Of a DNA stretch of 64,000 nucleotides, positions 52,789 through 63,141 are shown piece by piece. Source of the stretch: Sedimentisphaerales bacterium (lineage in GTDB: Bacteria; Planctomycetota; Phycisphaerae; Sedimentisphaerales; SM23-30); NCBI GenBank assembly GCA_963663965.2, contig CAXXFK010000029.1:128001-192000 (forward strand). Reading direction: 5' to 3'. Numbering within the stretch: position 1 is the first letter of the stretch; each line of letters begins with the position of its first letter. The notes under the pieces are model-generated. The model did no database searches. It was not told where the DNA came from and saw nothing but the letters and a program-made list of their open reading frames with translations. The translations under genes and the position numbers were made by a program.

Positions 52789-54885
52789 ATGAAACTTTTA
52801 CTAGACAATCGAGTAACGCAACAAAGATTTCTGGCACTTTTAATGACACTATTGTGTTCAGGTATCTTTGGCTGGTGTTCGGGAATGTACATTTATACCG
52901 GGGTCATCATTCTGCTGGCTCTGGCAGGTTATTCAGGTCGTTATGATTTTAAAATTCGCAGGTCGCGCCAGATTATTTTATTTCTGATTATTGCCCTGAT
53001 TTATGCCTTTTATTATCGTCTCGTCTATATTCGAACCGCTGTCAGCAGTAGCGGGCAACTACGGTTGCAGGCGCAAGTTGCCACCCAATATTTTTTATTC
53101 GGTATGGCCAGTATATTTTATTTCTCGGGTAAACGGCCTGTTACTCCCTGGATTATGATCTGTGGGATTATATCAGTGTTAACCAGTGGTCAGTTGATTT
53201 ATGACGCGAATGCGAACCGGCTTTTTCAAGTCTTGGCGATGGTGTATCTGGCCATGATTATCGCCCTGGGCATGCTCAGCCGGGTACCCCTGCCAACCGG
53301 TACGCACCAAAAAGCAGGAACGATGTCGGCCTTTCGGTGGGGATTGGCGGCCGGATGTTTTGGGCTTACTCTGTGGCTGGGTTGGTTTGGCGGTGAAATG
53401 TTGAATCGTTACCATGGCCGGATTGTCTCTTTGATATTTAAAATGCAATATCGACCATTTCGTTATCCCAAACAAAAAGCCGATGCCATTGGGTTTGATA
53501 GCAGTGGTAAACTTAATAGTCTGGAGAAGATAAAACTCGCAAACGGCAATCAAGTGGCTTTTCGAATTTTTTCAGACCAACCGCCAGGGTATATACGAAA
53601 TAAGGTATTTGAATCCTATAGCAATGGTGAGTGGGAATCATCGAGAAATCCTCAAGATATTGAACCTTATACCGAGAATCTGGTGTTTTCCAGCCAGATG
53701 CCCGACTATGGCAAGTTGTTTGTATGGACCAAACTGGCGCCAGATAATCCGGAGATTCTGAATATCTGGCCGGCACCCCATATCAACAGCGGTATGTTTA
53801 CCCCGTTGGGGACCATGGCAGTACAATGTGATGTTGACATTGTGACAGTCGATGATAATGGCATTATCGATTCGGATAGTTTGCGGACCGGTATCGATTA
53901 CAGTGTGGCGGTCGATCCATTACAGAAAAGCAATGAGCCTCTTGCTGAGAACAAGCGTAGCACTTATCTGACGTTGCCTTTGTCACCGGTACTTGATCCT
54001 CAAATCAATAATTTGGCCCGGGAGATTTTTAAAGACTGCAAGAATACCAGTGATAAACTTCAAGCTGTGGTTCGATATTTTCAGACCAATTACGATTATC
54101 AATTAGGGATTGAAGTTCCAAATGGGCAGGATCCGCTTAATTATTTTCTACTAAAAAAACCTCCGGCGCATTGTGAATTTTTTGCCAGTGGCGCCACGAT
54201 CCTGTTACGTCTGGGCAATGTGCCGACGCGCTATGTAACCGGCGCGGTGGCCGATGAGTATAATGCCGTGGGGGAGTATTGGGTGGCGCGTAACAAGGAT
54301 GCCCACGCGTGGTGTGAAGCGTGGAATGAGGATACCCATCGATGGGAGTTGGTCGAGGCGACTCCGGCGTCCGGAGTGCCGCAACGCGCTGAAACGAACT
54401 TCTGGTCAGGTTTATGGGAAACGCTTCGGCTTAAATTACAGGAATTAAGTCTGGCATATGTTCGCAATGGTTTTAGAGGGATGGCTCTGTGGATCTTGAC
54501 TTATCTTGGACGATTGGGACTATGGCTGGTGACTACATTTCAGGGGATGGGATTATTGCTGATTCTGATCATTTTACTTGGACGTAAACGCATTATAGCC
54601 TGGCGAAAACAGACATTACGTCCTTTCCCGGATGAACGAATCGTAGCATTTCACGAACTACTCAGCCGAATGGAGAGGATTCTTGGGCCCAACATATCGC
54701 GTCGGATGACTGGTGAAACGCTACATCAGTATTCGAGACGTTTGATGGAAGATTATCCCGAAGAACCGCGTATCAGAGAAATTGCCAATTGGTATCTGGA
54801 ATATGCAATTATGCGATATGGGATCACAGAGGATATTGAGCAACTAAACGGACTTAGAGAACGGTTACCTGAAAAATCAGGTTGA
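52789..54885 (+). CDS. Membrane-anchored transglutaminase-like protein (TgpA/DUF3488 type)
   Basis: Multi-TM N-terminus, PAHCEFFASG (Cys), DAHAWCEAW (His), VEATP, then a TM and a C-terminal GETLHQY motif. Confidence 0.87.
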   Translation: MKLLLDNRVTQQRFLALLMTLLCSGIFGWCSGMYIYTGVIILLALAGYSGRYDFKIRRSRQIILFLIIALIYAFYYRLVYIRTAVSSSGQLRLQAQVATQYFLFGMASIFYFSGKRPVTPWIMICGIISVLTSGQLIYDANANRLFQVLAMVYLAMIIALGMLSRVPLPTGTHQKAGTMSAFRWGLAAGCFGLTLWLGWFGGEMLNRYHGRIVSLIFKMQYRPFRYPKQKADAIGFDSSGKLNSLEKIKLANGNQVAFRIFSDQPPGYIRNKVFESYSNGEWESSRNPQDIEPYTENLVFSSQMPDYGKLFVWTKLAPDNPEILNIWPAPHINSGMFTPLGTMAVQCDVDIVTVDDNGIIDSDSLRTGIDYSVAVDPLQKSNEPLAENKRSTYLTLPLSPVLDPQINNLAREIFKDCKNTSDKLQAVVRYFQTNYDYQLGIEVPNGQDPLNYFLLKKPPAHCEFFASGATILLRLGNVPTRYVTGAVADEYNAVGEYWVARNKDAHAWCEAWNEDTHRWELVEATPASGVPQRAETNFWSGLWETLRLKLQELSLAYVRNGFRGMALWILTYLGRLGLWLVTTFQGMGLLLILIILLGRKRIIAWRKQTLRPFPDERIVAFHELLSRMERILGPNISRRMTGETLHQYSRRLMEDYPEEPRIREIANWYLEYAIMRYGITEDIEQLNGLRERLPEKSG

Positions 54886-55208
54886 TTTCAGATTTTGGGA
54901 AGTTTCAGGATTGGTTGTCCCTCAATCCGTTCAATCAGGAGTTCAGGCTGTCGCGAACGGGTATGAGTCATAACCGATTTGATCAAGATTGACATTGGGG
55001 GATGATTCGTATTGTTATGATATTAGCCTTGCAGGTTGGGTGTTTTATAAGTTCTTGATAATAAGATGGATATGGTTTGTGAGACTTGTTGTCCATTCGG
55101 GGTGTGATGAATGTGGGGGAATATTCGATTTGAAACAAGGGAGTTGTCGATAATTGGTAAAGCTCAGAGTATGAGTCAGTGACAGATTCGTATGTTATGT
55201 AATAAACG

Positions 55209-56189
55209 ATGAAAAGACGGATACGTATTTTATTAGTTAAGCTGATATGTGGATTGGCCTATTACAGTGGTGTTATAGGACTATGGCGAAGGTTATTTCC
55301 GCTCAAAGGGGTCTGTATTTTATTTTTTCACCAGATGGACAGGATTCGATTTGAGCTGTGCCTGAGATATATTGGTCGGCACTATCAGGTGATCTCAATG
55401 GATGACCTGGTTGATTGCCTGATGGGCCAGCAGTCCATACCGAACTCCGGCGTGGTTCTGACTTTTGATGATGGGTATCGCAGTAATGTTGAGGAGAATC
55501 TACCCGTTTTAAAAGAAATGCAATTGCCGTGTACGGGATTTCTGACAGCAGGGCTGGTTGGGACGGAACAGGTGTTCTGGTGGGACCAATTGGCTTACGC
55601 GATCCGCCATACCCGTGAGGATATTCTAATTCTGAATGGGAATGACTATTCATTAAGAAACAAAATCCATAAAGAAAAAACACTGGCAAGGTGTCTGGCC
55701 TTGCTTAAAAAAGTACCTGAAGCGGAGAAAACGATTCAATTAAATAATATCGTAGAACAATTGGGGTTTAAAAAATCTACTATTCCCTGTGATAATCCTT
55801 TAATGACATGGGAGCAGGTGGTTCTGATGAAAGAATCCGGGATCGGGTTGGGCGCTCATACGCTGGATCATGTGATTTTGTCACAGTGCGATCCGGATGA
55901 ACAAAAACGGCAAATCGAGCTTAGTAAGGATATTATTGAAACCAGGGCCAGATGCCGGGTGCGGCATTTTGCCTATCCGAATGGTCGCAAGGAGGATTAT
56001 GATTTCCACTGCAAGCGTTTGCTTCGCGATTGTGGTTTTGATAGTGCAGTTACGACTGAAATTGGAACAGTGGATCTGGACTCCGATCGTTACGCACTAC
56101 CACGCAAACCGATGACTGCCAATACGACGGTTCCAGTATTGGCGATGACGCTGAGTGGTATGATGGGATCTATTGAATTTGAGTATTGA
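55209..56189 (+). CDS. Polysaccharide deacetylase (NodB/CE4)
   Basis: VVLTFDDGY, FWWD, MTWEQV, GAHTLDH, FAYPNG. Confidence 0.9.
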   Translation: MKRRIRILLVKLICGLAYYSGVIGLWRRLFPLKGVCILFFHQMDRIRFELCLRYIGRHYQVISMDDLVDCLMGQQSIPNSGVVLTFDDGYRSNVEENLPVLKEMQLPCTGFLTAGLVGTEQVFWWDQLAYAIRHTREDILILNGNDYSLRNKIHKEKTLARCLALLKKVPEAEKTIQLNNIVEQLGFKKSTIPCDNPLMTWEQVVLMKESGIGLGAHTLDHVILSQCDPDEQKRQIELSKDIIETRARCRVRHFAYPNGRKEDYDFHCKRLLRDCGFDSAVTTEIGTVDLDSDRYALPRKPMTANTTVPVLAMTLSGMMGSIEFEY

Positions 56190-56192
56190 GAC

Positions 56193-57269
56193 ATGATGAA
56201 TGATAGCAGACAATGGCGATTTCAATGGCATTTTCAGGAAGATGACGCCTGGAGTAATCCATTCGTTGAAACATGGCACCACATATATCAATCAGGCTCT
56301 AATCATCTGTTTTTCTGTCCGCAATTGGTTCGGATCTGGTATGAGGTCTATCATTGCATAAGGAAAATACAACCCGCGTTTTTACTGGCGGATAATGGCG
56401 AGAAACGATTGGTGTGGCCATTGATCATTGACAAGAGCCCTTTGAAACGTGGGGGATTCAAGTCGTTACGTCCAGCAGGATTTTATGAATTCGATTGTCA
56501 CGATCCGATCACTGATGGGATGATGAGCTTAGAAGACTGGATTGGTTTTTATTGCCAGTTTATTGAAGAATTCAGTACGGTATTACAAGGTCGATCCGGG
56601 TATTTATGGATTCCAAGATTGTACAATATTCCTGCGATCCGTTGTGAGCCGTATCCATGGATGCGACCAGGGACGACCTCTCCTTTTATTGATCTGACGA
56701 GATATGACAGCCTAGACAATTTGTTATTGACCTGTTCCAAGCAGCATCGTCAGGATGTGCGGCGTCAGACGCGCCGATTATCCGAGAAAGGTGATGTACA
56801 ATTGGTGAGCTATACTGCCCGCGATCTGGATCAGGCTTTTGAAGAACTTAAGATTCATTTAGAACATCATTCAATCCAATGGCCGGGCGTTCCTCACGCA
56901 GCCGGTTGGCATGAACGATTGATCAAAGAATTGCTTCCAACCGGAATGGTTGACTTTACAGTTTTGAGATGTGGCGATGAGGTGATAAGCCGACATCTGG
57001 GATTTTCTGATTCTGATAGCTATTATTATTATATGCCAACCTACAATTCGAAATGGTATAATTTTTCACCGGGTAAGATCCATCTGGCGCGTCTGGTTGA
57101 ACGGGCGATCAATCAAGACAAAAAACGATTTGAGTTATTGAGCGGGAATGAGTCTTATAAATATCAGTGGACGCGAGATGAAATCCAACTGCATGGATTG
57201 AAATATGACCGGTTTCCTATGCGAACGGCATTGCTCGAATGGTGTCGTTCTTTTGTGGCCCATCGTTAG
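56193..57269 (+). CDS. GNAT acetyltransferase, CelD/BcsL (Acetyltransf_6)-like
   Basis: SPFIDL, RQDVRRQTRRL, YYYMPTY, FSPGKIHL, FELLSGNESYKYQW. Lies in a polysaccharide operon. Confidence 0.82.
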   Translation: MMNDSRQWRFQWHFQEDDAWSNPFVETWHHIYQSGSNHLFFCPQLVRIWYEVYHCIRKIQPAFLLADNGEKRLVWPLIIDKSPLKRGGFKSLRPAGFYEFDCHDPITDGMMSLEDWIGFYCQFIEEFSTVLQGRSGYLWIPRLYNIPAIRCEPYPWMRPGTTSPFIDLTRYDSLDNLLLTCSKQHRQDVRRQTRRLSEKGDVQLVSYTARDLDQAFEELKIHLEHHSIQWPGVPHAAGWHERLIKELLPTGMVDFTVLRCGDEVISRHLGFSDSDSYYYYMPTYNSKWYNFSPGKIHLARLVERAINQDKKRFELLSGNESYKYQWTRDEIQLHGLKYDRFPMRTALLEWCRSFVAHR

Positions 57270-57295
57270 TGATGGATAGTCTGGAAAGAGTTTAA

Positions 57296-58639
57296 ATGGC
57301 AAAAAAAACCATTTTGTATATAGCGAGTTTTTATCGACCGGTGAATTCCGCACCGGAAATCCGTGCGTCACGACTGACCGAGGCTTTGTTGCGGACTGGT
57401 TGGCGGGTTATGGTGGTGACTGAGGGAGAGCCGGGGCAGATAGAAACCATTCACGAAAATTTGACGATTTATTCGGTGTCAAAGGGAGGTTGTTGTCCAG
57501 GTGTGATTAATGAGAACTTTTCGGCTGCTTGCAAAAAATTCAGATATTGCTCAGATTCAACAAAAGCATTTTTGGGCGGCATATATACAGTATGTCAACA
57601 TCTGATAAAAAATGAACCGGTCAATTTGATATTTACGACAGCTCCTTATTTCAGCCTGAGCAAAGTGGGACAACTGCTGGCCGATGAATTTGGTTTGTCA
57701 TGGATAATGGAGATGCGCGATGCCTGGCATACGGGGATGTACTGGCCGTATCCTTCAAGGCGGCATCAGAGTGTAGCGGCTCAATGGGAAGGTGAATGCA
57801 TCAGACGAGCGGATCGGATTATTACCGTAACGCGAACGCATCAGGAGATACTGGTGGAGAAATATGGCGCGGTTGTTAAAGATAAAGTTACGACGGTCCG
57901 GCACAGTTTTGACCGTTATCAAGTAACGCCAGGTGTTGCACGGCCGGCCGATAAGGCTCGCAAGGAATTTCGACTGGTGCATACCGGGCAGTTGCGCGGC
58001 ATCGATATTTGCGCGGCGGGGGTGTGGGCGAGGCTGGCGCGTGGCGGCTGGCGTGCTATCCGGCGGCTATTGTTCGGGGCCAGCTATTGTGAAAAGCTGC
58101 GTATTGAATGGATGTCGCCGCATTTGACCCTGCAAGCGGCCGGGCGATTGGCCGGGGAGATGGCGGCGTTTAGTCAGGAGGTGGTTTTTGAGTTTGTCGG
58201 GGCGGCCTATCCGCAGGTTGATGACTGGGCCGAGAAGTGTGGTTTGTCGGGGCGGGTTATCCAACATGGTCATTTGCCCCCGGAGCAGACGCAGGCTATC
58301 GTTGACGGTGCGGATGTGCTTTTGCTTTATTTGTATGGTATTGATGCTATGGCCTATCACTGGTGTGTTCCGACCAAGCTTTATACCTATCTAAGCACTG
58401 GCAAGCCGATATTGGCGCCGGTGCCACCGGGAGAAACAGTGGAGATTCTGACGCGGTCTGGCCTGGGGCATGTCGTACCACCCTGGGATGTCGAGGCGGT
58501 TTATCAGGCGTTAAAAGCGCTATACCATCAGCATAAAACAGATGGAATTACAGTGGATCCCGACTGGGAATACATTAACCAGTTTGATGTCTCCTGTCAG
58601 CAGCGGGCGTTTTTGGATGTTGTCAATACTGTAATATGA
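57296..58639 (+). CDS. Glycosyltransferase (GT4-like, GT-B fold)
   Basis: IFTTAPYFS, WIMEMRDAW, ADRIITVT, LVHTG, ADVLLL, VPTKLYTYLSTGKPIL. Confidence 0.85.
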   Translation: MAKKTILYIASFYRPVNSAPEIRASRLTEALLRTGWRVMVVTEGEPGQIETIHENLTIYSVSKGGCCPGVINENFSAACKKFRYCSDSTKAFLGGIYTVCQHLIKNEPVNLIFTTAPYFSLSKVGQLLADEFGLSWIMEMRDAWHTGMYWPYPSRRHQSVAAQWEGECIRRADRIITVTRTHQEILVEKYGAVVKDKVTTVRHSFDRYQVTPGVARPADKARKEFRLVHTGQLRGIDICAAGVWARLARGGWRAIRRLLFGASYCEKLRIEWMSPHLTLQAAGRLAGEMAAFSQEVVFEFVGAAYPQVDDWAEKCGLSGRVIQHGHLPPEQTQAIVDGADVLLLYLYGIDAMAYHWCVPTKLYTYLSTGKPILAPVPPGETVEILTRSGLGHVVPPWDVEAVYQALKALYHQHKTDGITVDPDWEYINQFDVSCQQRAFLDVVNTVI

Positions 58640-58648
58640 CAAACAGCT

Positions 58649-59396
58649 ATGCGTAAGTGTATGGATCCAAATGAAGAACCAAAGCCTGGTCTGTGGCCCA
58701 GGTTCTGTTATTATTATCGAACACGTGGTCTGGCCTGGATCATTCGGCTTGAAGTATTTAATATGGTTAGCTGGATTGATGAAAATATTGTCGGTTGGTT
58801 GTGGGATATCCGTTATGGGATTCGGACCATGGGGCGCGTTCCCAAGTGGGAACTGGACCTCAATGAGGACGAAGTGGGGAGTGGAATATCATGGCACTAA
58901 GATATGCCTGTTCCGGCGTATTATCAGGCGGTTTAAGATTCGTACGAATCATCAGGGGCTGGTTGACTATGGCTGCGGGATGGGGCGGGTGATATTACTG
59001 GCGGCGCGATATCCCTTTCGGCAGATAATCGGATTGGAATACAGTAAAATGCTGGTGGATATCTGTCAGGACAACATCAATCGGGTCGCAAAATACTTGA
59101 AATGCCATGATATTCATGTCTTGAACCAGGATGCCAATGAGTATATTCTTTCGCCGGATATCACGGTGTTTTTCTTTTATAATCCATTCACCGGCGATAC
59201 CTTGCGAACGGGATTTCGGCGTATCGAGGACCGATTGAGAGCCCGGCCCCGGCCCATCCAAATCATCTATTACAAGCCGGTTTGCCTAGAAGAGATGATT
59301 GGCGAATTTCCGTGGCTGGGCGAAACGGACCGGTTCACAGACGGACTGGCCGGCTGGCCGGTGGTGCTGTATGAGAATAGACGGTACAGGCAGTGA
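58649..59396 (+). pseudogene. Class I SAM-dependent methyltransferase split by a +1 frameshift (or sequencing error)
   Basis: ORF 58649 (...DIRYGIRT...EDEVG) continues in the frame of ORF 58671 (VEYHGT...LVDYGCGMGRV...FFFYNPF). Removing one G from the GGGG run at 58876-58879 joins them. Confidence 0.72.
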
Positions 59397-59410
59397 AATC
59401 CCAGTTTATC

Positions 59411-60530
59411 AAATACACAGTGTAATATTTTGCAGGATAGGTGAGACGATTTGGTTTATGCCGGGTTCGTGTGGACGGCTTTGAGGGCGAAGAGGCCGGT
59501 GGGGAGTGGGATGGGGTTGGTGCGGCGGTGGTATTGGCCGTTTGTCGGAAGGTTTGGAGTTGCTGGCGGATGTAGGTTTCGGAGCCGATGGCCAGGCCGT
59601 CGATGAAGTGTTTGAACTGTTGCAGGAAGAGGCCGGGGTGGGCGAAACCCAGGGAGCGTTCGTTTTCGAGGATGGCGGCTGGGATTGGGGGTTGTTTGAC
59701 CTGGGTGTCAGCGTCTGAGGGCGTGAGGTTGCCGCGGTAGGTGAGGCGGTGGGTGTAATCTTTGAGGGCCTGGGGTTCGGTGGTGCGCTGGTCGAAGAGT
59801 TGATGGAGGGGCAGCAGCCAGGCGGCGGCGTGGCCGCGCTGGGTGCGTTGGTGGTAGGAGCAGAATTCGTAATCGGCGGGGTGGGCGGCCTGGCCGGCGC
59901 GGACGGGGTTGAGATCGACGTAGAGCATGCAGTCGCGGACGGCGCGTAAGTCTTTTAGGAATACGGACTTGAAGCGCGTGGCCCAGAAGCGGCCGCGGCG
60001 TTCGAAGGTCTGGTTGTACCATTTGGCGAAGCGGGCCTGGAGGTTGCGGAGGAGCTCGGAGAGGTCGAAGAGGCGGTCGTTGAAGCGCTGCCATTGGGCC
60101 GGGGACCAGTTGGCGATGATTTCCTGGGAATGGGGGCCGGGGTAGAGGAGGTGGGCGCGGCGGGCGAGTTCGGCGGGCGGGAGCTGGGATTTGGGGTCGA
60201 AGCGGAGGATGAGGTGGTAGTGGTTGCCCATGAGGGCGAAGGCGGTGACCTCGCAGCAGTAGGCGCGGGTGTAGTGCTGGATGAGGGCGAGGAGTTTACG
60301 GCGGCAGTTGGGCTGCTGAAGCGGGCGGTCGGCGGGTGAGCCGGCGATGCGGCTGTAGACGTGGTAAAAGGCGGCGAAACGGGTCTGCTTGAAGCGAAGG
60401 CGGCAGGACATAACGTAACTCCTTTTATATAAATACGATATACTAATTAATGATTGGTATGAGGGCTTTGGATAGTTGAAGGATAATGGGTGAAAAAAGA
60501 GTTGTCAACCAATTTAAATACACTGTGTAT
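59411..60530 (-). mobile_element. RAYT/IS200-like HUH transposase element with palindromic ends
   Basis: Gene flanked by AAATACACAGTGTAA (59411-59425) and AAATACACTGTGTAT (60516-60530). Composition is sharply different from the neighbours. Confidence 0.6.
59456..60411 (-). CDS. REP-associated tyrosine transposase-like protein (Y1_Tnp), with apparent 1-nt frameshift near the 3' end
   Basis: FYHVYSR, AFALMGNHYHLIL (HUH), RRGRFWATRFKS, YVDLNPVRAG, AAAAGGAG RBS. Adding one A near 59542 restores C-ending codons (GQYHRRTNPIPLPTGLFALKAVHTNPA*) ending at 59456. Confidence 0.82.
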
Positions 60531-60691
60531 AATAAAATATTGGGCTTGTGTGAGATGGTGGGTGTGGTATAATGTGATGCCCCGATAGATGAGGGGTTTT
60601 GCTGTTTAATGGTAAATGTTTAATGATGAGGTTATGTCCTGTTGTGGCATTGGCCGAATAGTAAGTTCATTTTAAGTTTGGAGATATTCGA

Positions 60692-62449
60692 TTGAAACAG
60701 CTTTTAAGTGGTAATGAAGCCATTGCACGAGGTGCTTATGAGGCTGGGGTGACCGTGGCATCGGGTTATCCAGGTACTCCGTCCACCGAAATTCTGGAAA
60801 ATATTGTTAAATATAAAGATAGCCTCTATTGCGAGTGGGCGCCGAATGAGAAGGTGGCCTTCGAAGTAGGAGCGGCGGCGGCGTTTGCCGGGGCGAGGGT
60901 TCTGGTGACGATGAAGCACGTGGGATTGAATGTCGCGGCCGATCCATTAATGACAATGAGTTATATTGGCGCCGAAGGCGGTATGGTGATTATTGTGGCG
61001 GATGATCCCGGAATGCATTCATCGCAAAATGAACAGGATAGCCGCCATTATGCCCGTTTTGCCAAGGTGCCGATGCTGGAACCGGCCAGTAGTGATGAAG
61101 CTCGTGATTTTGTCAAACTTGGTATTGAACTGTCGGAAAAGTATCAGACTCCTGTTTTGCTCAGGACCTGTACTCGGGTTAGCCATTCCCGCAGTATCGT
61201 CGAACTGGGGGAAAGAATCGAATCGGAAAAGGTTGTCGGATTTCAAAAGAATCCGCCCAGATTTGTTACCGTTCCGCTCTGGTCGCGGCAGATGCGGGTT
61301 AAGGTTGAAGAACGGCTGAAAGCGTTGCAGACAGAAGCCTGTCAGTCGCCGGCCAACCGGATTGAAATGCGTGATAAGCGCCTGGGGATTATTGTTGATT
61401 CCATTTCCTATCAATATGTCCGTGAGGTGTGGCCGGAAGCCTCGATCCTTAAACTGGGTTTTACCTATCCGTTTCCGGATGACCTGATCAAGCAGTTTGC
61501 CAGTCAGGTGGATTCTGTTTTGATTGTAGAAGAGCTGGACGATTTTCTGGAAGAACATATCAAGGCGTTGGGTATCCGTTGTCAGGGGAAAGAGGTAATC
61601 CCTAATATCGGTGAGTTGTCGATTGATATTCTGCAACAAGTACGAGCAAAGATTGAAGGTAAGGATTATGCTGTTGCCGCTGCTCCGAAATATGCCGCTC
61701 AATTACCTGCCCGGCCTCCCGTGTTATGTCCCGGTTGCCCGCATCGCGGAGTTTTCAGCGTCCTTGCCAAGCATGATGTTATCGTAACTGGCGATATTGG
61801 ATGTTATAGTCTGGGGACATTCAAGCCGTTGGAACGGCTGGATGTGATTTTATGTATGGGAGCCGGGGTGTCGATGGCACACGGCCTGGATAAGGCGGGT
61901 GAACCCAAAAAAGTGGTTGGCATGGTTGGCGATTCCACATTTTTCCATAGTGGCATAACGGGTTTACTCGATATCGCTTATAACAAAGGGGCGTCCACTA
62001 TTATTGTAGTTGACAACCGGACCACAGCCATGACCGGTCATCAGGACCATCCAGGAACTGGTCGTACCTTGATGGGTGAGGCCACGGTGGAAGCCTCCAT
62101 TGAAAATATTGCCAGAGCCTGCGGTATTAAACATGTGGTGACCATCAATCCTTACGATGCTGAAACCACTCGTCGGGTCATTAAAGAAGAACTGGAACGC
62201 CCCGAGGCTTCGCTGATTGTGTCCAAGGGGGCATGCCCGTTAAATGAGCGCAAACATATCGGTCCGGTGATGCGAATTGACGCGGAGAAATGCAAGGTAT
62301 GCAAAATGTGTCTGAAACTGGGTTGTCCGGCGATCGATGGTTCCGGTGATAAGCCGCAGATCAATGAATACCTTTGTATGGGGTGCAGTTTGTGTCGACA
62401 AAGTTGTAAATTCGGCGCGATCGATCCGGCGAGTTGTAAATGCGAATAA
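60692..62449 (+). CDS. iorA: Indolepyruvate:ferredoxin oxidoreductase subunit alpha
   Basis: LSGNEAIARG, YPGTPSTEI, MKHVGLNVAAD, SSQNEQD, LCPGCPHR, GDIGCY, GDSTFFHSG and C-terminal 2x[4Fe-4S] motifs. Confidence 0.95.
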   Translation: MKQLLSGNEAIARGAYEAGVTVASGYPGTPSTEILENIVKYKDSLYCEWAPNEKVAFEVGAAAAFAGARVLVTMKHVGLNVAADPLMTMSYIGAEGGMVIIVADDPGMHSSQNEQDSRHYARFAKVPMLEPASSDEARDFVKLGIELSEKYQTPVLLRTCTRVSHSRSIVELGERIESEKVVGFQKNPPRFVTVPLWSRQMRVKVEERLKALQTEACQSPANRIEMRDKRLGIIVDSISYQYVREVWPEASILKLGFTYPFPDDLIKQFASQVDSVLIVEELDDFLEEHIKALGIRCQGKEVIPNIGELSIDILQQVRAKIEGKDYAVAAAPKYAAQLPARPPVLCPGCPHRGVFSVLAKHDVIVTGDIGCYSLGTFKPLERLDVILCMGAGVSMAHGLDKAGEPKKVVGMVGDSTFFHSGITGLLDIAYNKGASTIIVVDNRTTAMTGHQDHPGTGRTLMGEATVEASIENIARACGIKHVVTINPYDAETTRRVIKEELERPEASLIVSKGACPLNERKHIGPVMRIDAEKCKVCKMCLKLGCPAIDGSGDKPQINEYLCMGCSLCRQSCKFGAIDPASCKCE

Positions 62450-62529
62450 GTCAGGCGTTTGATCACAATGGGATAACAGGCTCCCTGCTGATTTCAAAAT
62501 GATTATTAACTATGAAATTTGAGTGAACA

Positions 62530-63114
62530 ATGCAAAATGAAATAACCAGTGTTGTCCTGGCCGGAGTTGGTGGCCAAGGAATCTTGTTAGCCAGTGAAAT
62601 CGTCGCCCAAGCCGCCATGCTGGCCGGGCACGATGTGAAGACCAATGAAGTGCACGGGATGGCACAGCGTGGCGGGTCGGTAATCGCGCAGATTCGTTAT
62701 GGCAGACAGGTGCACAGTCCGATCGTGCAAAAGGGGACCGCACGGGTTCTGGGTGCCCTGGAACAGATCGAGGCGTTACGTTATGCCGATTATCTGGCCC
62801 CCGGTGGTCTGGTTGTCGCCAATCTTCAAGAGCTTATTCCGGTGACGGTTTCGATGGGGGCGGCACAATATCCGGCGGATGTTCCAGTCAAGCTTAAAGA
62901 GCAGTTTCCCCGTTTGATTACTGTGGATGCCGCAGAGGTTGCGGTGGAATTAGGAAATATCCGCGCCGCCAATGTGGTATTACTGGGGGCCCTGTCGACC
63001 GGGCTTGATTTGCCCTATGAGTCCTGGATCCAGTCTGTAGAAACCTGCGTGAAAGCCCAATATCAGGAATTAAACCTGAAGGCATTTGAAAAAGGGCGAT
63101 CTCTGGCCGGATAG
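62530..63114 (+). CDS. iorB: Indolepyruvate oxidoreductase subunit beta
   Basis: AGVGGQGILLAS, EVHGMAQRGGSV, ANVVLLGA, NLKAFEKG. Confidence 0.94.
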   Translation: MQNEITSVVLAGVGGQGILLASEIVAQAAMLAGHDVKTNEVHGMAQRGGSVIAQIRYGRQVHSPIVQKGTARVLGALEQIEALRYADYLAPGGLVVANLQELIPVTVSMGAAQYPADVPVKLKEQFPRLITVDAAEVAVELGNIRAANVVLLGALSTGLDLPYESWIQSVETCVKAQYQELNLKAFEKGRSLAG

Positions 63115-63141
63115 AATGTTGCGTTCTGGATCCTGACTGGC

